Source: Veleropilina oligotropha (taxonomy: Eukaryota). From it: 64,000 bases of DNA. The stretch covers positions 186,001-250,000 of the forward strand of contig JBEUKZ010000135.1 of assembly GCA_048128005.1 (NCBI GenBank). Reading direction: 5' to 3'. The stretch's first letter is position 1. Every line of letters begins with the position of its first letter. The position numbers were made by a program, and so were the translations under genes. Below are positions 57,930 through 64,000 of the stretch, in pieces. The notes beneath the pieces were generated by a model. That model saw nothing but the letters and a program-made list of their open reading frames with translations, was not told the origin of the DNA and ran no database searches.

Positions 57930-60871
57930 TAAAGGGGGATGAGGGTGAAGCAATATGTGACAGCAAAGTAGAACAGGATAACATTCATCGTAATGATGCA
58001 AAGAGCGTACATCATAATACCGATAAACATAAACGTGTTTCTGGACCACAAAAGAAAAAGAACAAGAAATCAGACCTAGATAAAAAACAGCTTAAAGTTA
58101 TATTTACAAATGCACAGAGTATAATGAATAAGATGGCAGAATTGGAAACACTAAGGGATATTCATGACCCTGATGTTTTAGGAGTTACAGAGTCGTGGAC
58201 AAATATCAACATAACAGACGCAGAGTTAAATTTATTGGGATATAAGCTGTACAGAGAGGATAGAAGAGATACTCAAAACGGTAGAGGAGGGGGGGTCTTG
58301 CTATACATAAAAGATGGATTAAATGCTGTTTCTCGTGATGATATTAAGATAAACACTTTTCAAAATTCAGTTTGGTGTGAAATTATGACCAGTAATAATA
58401 AAAAAGATTCCATTGTAGTGGGTATTGTTTATAGATCACCAAATAGCGCAGAAGAGAACAATACTAACCTATACACTACATTAGAACAAGTTTTCGGATA
58501 CAATGTGTTAATTATGGGGGATTTTAACTACCCAGGTATAAATTGGAACTCGATGCAAAGTGGGAAAGCGGGTCAGGATTTTTTGACAACGATACAGAAT
58601 GGATTTATGCATCAACATGTTGATTTTCCAACAAGAGGTGATAATGTTTTGGATTTAGTTTTTTCTAGTGAACTAAATATGGTGCAAAATATACATGGAA
58701 TTGGGAAATTAGGGAGCAGCGACCATGATTTAATAGAATTTGAGCTTCATATTAAAACAATTATTAAAACAAGCAAGCAAGAAATACCGGATTTTCGGAA
58801 AGCGAATATCGACCAAATAACGTCAGATCTTCGAGACATAAACTGGCAGGATCTTGATAATCTAGATGCTAGGGACTCTTGGGAAGTATTCCGTAAAAAC
58901 ATAGAAGCGATAATGAATGCAAATGTTCCACTAAAACGCAGACGCAAAAATAATTCACCCCCCTGGTTAACGAGAAAGGTAAAGAAATCTGTAAGAAGAA
59001 AATATAAACGTTGGAGACGTTACAGGGAGTCAAAAGAAACCAAAGATCATGAAAATTATAAGGAGTGTGATAAATTATGTAAAAAAGAAATCCGTGCAGC
59101 AAAGAAAATGTTTGAAGAAAATTTAGCAAAAAATGTCAAGGAAAATCCAAAATCATTTTATGCATATGTAAGGTCAAAACAAAAAACAAAAGATGTCGTA
59201 GGTCCATTGAAAGATGAAAAGGGTAATATAATGACTGATGATGCGGAAATATCAGAATCTTTGAATAACTACTTTGCATCCGTGTATACATTGGAGGATA
59301 CCGCGAATATGCCCCCAATAAAAGATATTTTTAAAGACATTGGTAACTTTTGTGAATCGGTTGAAATTACTCCTGCACTGATTGAAAAAAAGATAGACCT
59401 CTTAAAGATAAACAAAGCCCCTGGCCCTGATAGTATATATTCCAAGTTTTTAAAAGTCGGAAAGCATGAATTGTTGAAGCCAATAGCAAATATATTCAGC
59501 AAATCACTTAGCGAAGGAAGATTGCCAGATGATTGGAAAATTGGTAATATAACTCCTATATTTAAAAAGGGAAGTCGCTCTAGTGCACACAATTATCGAC
59601 CTGTTAGTCTAACATCAATAGTAGGCAAAATGATGGAATCTATTTTAAAGGATGTTATATTAGACCATTTGAACAAATATAGCTTGTTAAACACCAGTCA
59701 GCATGGATTTATGGAGAAACGATCATGTTTAACAAATCTTCTTGAATTCTTAGAGGATGTTACAAATGCAATAGATCATGGCAAGCCGGTTGATATTATA
59801 TATCTTGATTTTCAAAAAGCATTTGATAAGGTTCCACATAAACGACTAATACAAAAATTGAGTAATCATGGTATTAAAGGACCAATATTGACGTGGATAG
59901 AAATGTGGTTACAGAATAGAAAACAGAGAGTTGTTGTAAATGGGGTTAAGTCAAAATGGGAGAGTGTATTAAGTGGAGTCCCTCAAGGCTCGGTCTTGGG
60001 TCCATTGCTATTTCTAATCTACTTGAATGACATTGATGGCGCTATTACATCTCTAGTGAAAAAGTTTGCTGACGACACTAAACTTTACAGAATAATAGAA
60101 ACTGAACAAGATGCAAGGAAACTTCAGACCGATCTAAATAATCTGGTTAAGTGGTCCGATGACTGGCAAATGCTTTTCAATACAACCAAATGTAAGGTAA
60201 TGCATGTGGGTCACAAAAACAAAAAATATTGTTATAAAATGGGAGGAGATGACCTAGAAGTAGTGACAAAAGAGAAAGATTTGGGTGTATGGATTGATAA
60301 TTCACTGAAACCATCAAATCAATGTATCGAAGCAGCTAAAAAGGGAAACCAAATATTAGGAATGATAAAGCGTAATTTTACTTTTAAGTCAAAAGGCATC
60401 ATAACACGTTTATACAAGCAACTGGTTAGACCACATTTAGAATATGCGGTGCAAGCATGGAATCCATACCTCTCAAAGGATATCCAACTATTGGAACAAG
60501 TACAAAGGAGAGCCACAAAATTGGTAGGTGAAATCAGAGAGTTGACATATGAGGATAGGCTCAGAAGCCTTGATCTTACAACATTAACGTTGCGTAGGAT
60601 AAGAGGTGACATGATTCAAGTATTTAAAATGTTTACAGGAAAAGACAATCTTGATATTAGTTATTTTTTCCAGTTGAACCATAATAAAACAAGGGGGCAT
60701 AAGTTCAAGATTTACAAAAAGAGGGTCAGGCTAGATGTTAGAAAATACTTTTTCTCAAACCGAGTTGTAGATGAGTGGAATGCCCTTCCTGTCAAGGTGG
60801 TGGAGTCCACATCAGTAAATCAATTTAAAAATCGTTTGGATGAGCACTTTAAGAGACAGGGAAGGCTATAG
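57923..60871 (+). CDS. CR1 ORF2 (APE endonuclease + RT); frame open from the ORF1 end, first ATG at 58124
   Basis: FTNAQS (upstream of the first ATG), VTESW, GDFN, SDH; YLDFQKAFD, GVPQGSVLGP, FADD; no internal stops. Confidence 0.93.
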   Translation, partial: KLIKGDEGEAICDSKVEQDNIHRNDAKSVHHNTDKHKRVSGPQKKKNKKSDLDKKQLKVIFTNAQSIMNKMAELETLRDIHDPDVLGVTESWTNINITDAELNLLGYKLYREDRRDTQNGRGGGVLLYIKDGLNAVSRDDIKINTFQNSVWCEIMTSNNKKDSIVVGIVYRSPNSAEENNTNLYTTLEQVFGYNVLIMGDFNYPGINWNSMQSGKAGQDFLTTIQNGFMHQHVDFPTRGDNVLDLVFSSELNMVQNIHGIGKLGSSDHDLIEFELHIKTIIKTSKQEIPDFRKANIDQITSDLRDINWQDLDNLDARDSWEVFRKNIEAIMNANVPLKRRRKNNSPPWLTRKVKKSVRRKYKRWRRYRESKETKDHENYKECDKLCKKEIRAAKKMFEENLAKNVKENPKSFYAYVRSKQKTKDVVGPLKDEKGNIMTDDAEISESLNNYFASVYTLEDTANMPPIKDIFKDIGNFCESVEITPALIEKKIDLLKINKAPGPDSIYSKFLKVGKHELLKPIANIFSKSLSEGRLPDDWKIGNITPIFKKGSRSSAHNYRPVSLTSIVGKMMESILKDVILDHLNKYSLLNTSQHGFMEKRSCLTNLLEFLEDVTNAIDHGKPVDIIYLDFQKAFDKVPHKRLIQKLSNHGIKGPILTWIEMWLQNRKQRVVVNGVKSKWESVLSGVPQGSVLGPLLFLIYLNDIDGAITSLVKKFADDTKLYRIIETEQDARKLQTDLNNLVKWSDDWQMLFNTTKCKVMHVGHKNKKYCYKMGGDDLEVVTKEKDLGVWIDNSLKPSNQCIEAAKKGNQILGMIKRNFTFKSKGIITRLYKQLVRPHLEYAVQAWNPYLSKDIQLLEQVQRRATKLVGEIRELTYEDRLRSLDLTTLTLRRIRGDMIQVFKMFTGKDNLDISYFFQLNHNKTRGHKFKIYKKRVRLDVRKYFFSNRVVDEWNALPVKVVESTSVNQFKNRLDEHFKRQGRL

Positions 60872-62326
60872 ATGACCGAGCTACCAAAATGGGTTTTTAT
60901 ATGAGTTGCAGAAATGCACTTTCTAAACCCAAACAAATTCTATTTAAGTCTATTTAAATAACTTTGCTTGGTCGGCTGGTGAATTTTCACAAAAATATAC
61001 AGATAGTGTCTTGTTGCGCTTAACAATTTGGACACCTGAGTGAAAGTATAGCGATGCATGATGCTTTTTGAACTGAGAAAAATCAAGGTCTCCAAATTCA
61101 TGCTCAAACACAAGATTGGTAAGTTTACAGTGATACATTGATTCTCTTAGTTCAGATGACGCCGTCTCACCATACTCTCAAAATACAATTTTCAATTTTA
61201 AATTTCTACTCTCTCTGTGATGCAAAAAGTCTTCAATTACTTCTCTATGGTGATACAGAGTTGCAGCCCCTTCCGGATACTGTTTACACATCATAGCTAT
61301 TTCATGTTCATTTCTGCTTATCTATATTTAGGATAGGGGTCGTTTCGACCCCTATCCGCACAGCTTCTTTTTCAAATTCACTATAAACATCACTTAACTC
61401 ATCCATCATTTAATGTTACCAAATTTGTTTTATTATGTTGCATATATCATATAATATAGACTATTGAACCAATGCAATATTCGCACAATTCATAGCCATG
61501 CTATCAGTTCACAACACTAATTAGGCCTGTGCGTTGGGATACCTACTACAATATATGACCTAATATGGTTATAGCTCTGTAAGACTGCAGAAATTGACCA
61601 GCAGAATTTTACTTAAGACTTTTTAAGCGATAGTCAGCTCACCTTCATGCAATTCTTAAACAAAACAGCTGCCATTTCTACGATGATTATGCTGTTCACA
61701 GCCAATTTGCAAAATGATTGCAAGAAATTGCGCCGGTGTATTTTGACAATCTTCATATTTTCATCCACATCATCTATATCAAATGCAACACATATTTAAA
61801 TCATGAAAAAAGTCGTTATTCATATAACATAAAATGTAAAGTGATCCACACAAAAAGATATAAACATAATAGGACCAATGTGCAAAATACAAATCTGTAC
61901 ATTCTTCAAACTGTCGTTGCACGTCATAAACACATGACAAACATTGTATGTACTTTTAAATGTATCTTTTGCACAGTAGAACCTGGGACCAGTATACAAA
62001 AACTGTATATACTTATTATCGTACTAGAGCAAAGTCAATATTCGTACTATGTACCAATTTCACCATTGGAAATGTAAACTTATGGCAATTCTACCCTTTC
62101 GCTACAACAGCATCAATTTTACATATAAATCATCGAAGCCAACATAACACAGCATTCATGTGATAAATACATTTATATCATGATAACATATTAATGCATT
62201 TTAAAGATCACTTTTTCAAAACAACACGACCACATTTTTCCTTTTTATTATATAATATAGGCTATGGAAATGTTAAATAATAGATATTTTATTTTCCTTT
62301 CGTGGTTATAATATAATTATATACAA

Positions 62327-62614
62327 CTAGCAATGGTACCCGTCTTCGCCGGGTAAGTCCCCCCAGCCCAAATTTTTTTTTTTTTTTTGGATAGTGCTCC
62401 CTTTTTATTTTATTTTTTTTTTCTCCATTATATTAAAAATGATAGTAAATTTTTTTTTTTTTCGCGAATTTTCCGAATTTTTTTCGTGGTAAACCTTCCT
62501 TGGGGGACCCCGATTAACCCCCCAAAGTTTGAAGGTCCTAGGTCAAAGCGTCTGGGAGGAGTTCAACTTGAAACAGACAGACCCGCATACAATTATAGCT
62601 CCATTATATTAAGA
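62327..62614 (-). mobile_element. 288-bp non-autonomous Helitron, copy 2
   Basis: Same sequence and junctions as 39320-39607. Confidence 0.9.
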
Positions 62615-63534
62615 TAACATCAAATAATGTATTATTAGGCCTAATGAAGAGCTTCTAGCATCTATATTCTGTATTTCTTGCTAGTCTTGATGGCCTAGAA
62701 ATAGAAACAAATAATAATATTAAAATACTATTTAATTAAATAATATTAATATATTAGTTAATAGTTTAATATGGATCAAGAAACCCTTTACTGGTACTGT
62801 AATCCGTGAACATTACTCTATACGCGGGCTCATTGAAAGCGAGGACGTTTTGACTCTGAAAGCGAGGACGTTTTGACTCACAAAAGCGAGGACGTTTTGG
62901 CAAAGGGACGATTTGACTGGATACCAAAAAAGCTCGCCGGCCGTGTTTTCTCCCGCTCCCGGCTATTAATCTAAATTTTCTTTATTTCAACCTTGCAACT
63001 CGAGTTTTCGGTTGTAAGGTTGCTATAAAGCACTATACTTAACAACCGCTAGGTTGATTTTGTAATATATATTGTTAATTTTGTGTATTTGAAGGTTGAA
63101 ATTTGTCAAAAGGGTTGTCAACAAACCACTAGCGAGAGTTATCTCCCGTTAGTATTGTTACGAAACAACACTTGTGCGTCGCGAATTTCACCAGCGACAC
63201 CCTTCAAATACACTTGTATCTTAATTTTATTATTTATTAGCGGACCGCTAGTTTTATTTTTTTTTATTTCGGGTTTTATTCATCAAAAAAGTTGTTTTTG
63301 GCGAGTTTAAACTTAACATCCGGGTTCTACACCCAGCTAGCGGTTTATATTAGGCTTTGCATAGCGCTGAAATCGACATCTAAAGGCTGCCGCCTTTGTT
63401 CTCTCGTCGGTGGCCACCGTTTCGTACGAAACAATAGCCGCCTACCAGCAACTTATTTATAGTATTTTGTTGCTTGGCTTTCGAACCTGTTTGTTTAATA
63501 TAATTATTATAAAAGGGGCAGTGGCCTGAATATT

Positions 63535-64000
63535 ATGGCGTCTTCTGTAGCCAGACCACTGCCCCTTCGATTAGACACAAGGCACGATAAGACGGCGGCA
63601 GTGAACGTGTATCGTGCCTTGAGGGGGGTTATTGTAACAGGCCCCGGCCTTATTAAGGGCCTGATCCATATAAGAAAATCTATATGGAACGTCTCTGTGG
63701 CCACGCCGGCCATCAGAGACAAGTTAATAGATAGCGGTCTTGCTATCAACGGGGTTAGCTGCCCGCTACATCCCGTTGATGTAAACCGCGTGCTAATCAA
63801 CGTCAGAGTTCCTTTAGAAATCTCTGACGTCGATATTAAGGAGGCCTTTTCGGTCTTTGGGCGGGTAGAGTCTATGGTACGTGAGTACCACGATTTTGAC
63901 ACCACGGTCGCCACCGGTGTGAGTAAGGTGTGGATGACGCGAGTCACCCGCACTATTATGAACACCCTATACATCGGTGGTATGTATCTACCCGTCTGGT
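63535..64000 (+). CDS. Chimeric Tx1/L1-like ORF1, copy D (runs off window)
   Basis: ATGGCGTCTTCTGTAGCC at 63535; matches 40528 onward. Confidence 0.55.
   Translation, partial: MASSVARPLPLRLDTRHDKTAAVNVYRALRGVIVTGPGLIKGLIHIRKSIWNVSVATPAIRDKLIDSGLAINGVSCPLHPVDVNRVLINVRVPLEISDVDIKEAFSVFGRVESMVREYHDFDTTVATGVSKVWMTRVTRTIMNTLYIGGMYLPVW

Larger units (their letters stand above)
56540..60957 (+). mobile_element. Full-length CR1-clade LINE, copy 2 (both ORFs intact)
   Basis: Same junctions and near-identical sequence to 33538-37950. Confidence 0.94.
3871..64000. repeat. Tandem array of an ~8.3-kb composite unit: A 3871-12148, B 12149-38135, C 38136-61142, D 61143 to window end; B-D expanded by nested insertions
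   Basis: Anchor TCTCTTAGTTCAGATGACGCCGTCTC recurs at 3871, 12149, 38136 and 61143. Copy A (8278 bp) has no young insertion. Subtracting the mapped insertions from copy C (23007 bp) gives about 8.27 kb. The same small ORFs recur in the same order in each copy. The unit phase is arbitrary. Confidence 0.95.

Noticed and set aside
33538..60957. Sequence-specific targeting by CR1 (same site twice)
   Set aside because: Identical junctions and a co-duplicated Helitron downstream are explained more simply by segmental duplication.

Overview
This is eukaryotic, AT-rich, invertebrate-like DNA made almost entirely of repeats; no host gene could be supported. The backbone is a head-to-tail tandem array of an ~8.3-kb composite unit, with equivalent positions at 3871, 12149, 38136 and 61143. 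Each unit holds a degenerate minus-strand DNA-transposase remnant with a HINE/DINE-like insert, a short VNTR, a chimeric 236-aa Tx1/L1-like ORF1 and a decayed I/Nimb-clade LINE ORF2. Individual units were later hit by younger elements, and sister copies preserve the empty sites. These insertions are an intact BEL/Pao LTR retrotransposon (12347-19672), a full-length I/Nimb-clade LINE (20829-26780), a CR1 LINE and a 288-bp Helitron (each in two copies), an Academ (AcademX-type) DNA transposon (45621-54103) and 5'-truncated LINEs. Four observations stand out. (1) An HDV-like ribozyme fold begins at the 5' boundary of the I/Nimb LINE. (2) A U UUA AAC -1 slippery site joins CR1 ORF1 to an ORF2 whose N-terminus has no AUG. 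(3) A LINE inserted in register into an older copy of its own family and restored a continuous RT-RNase H frame. (4) The Academ transposase has a predicted spliced first exon, with a tRNA-SINE in the intron. All calls come from manual reading; no alignment, folding or database search was run.
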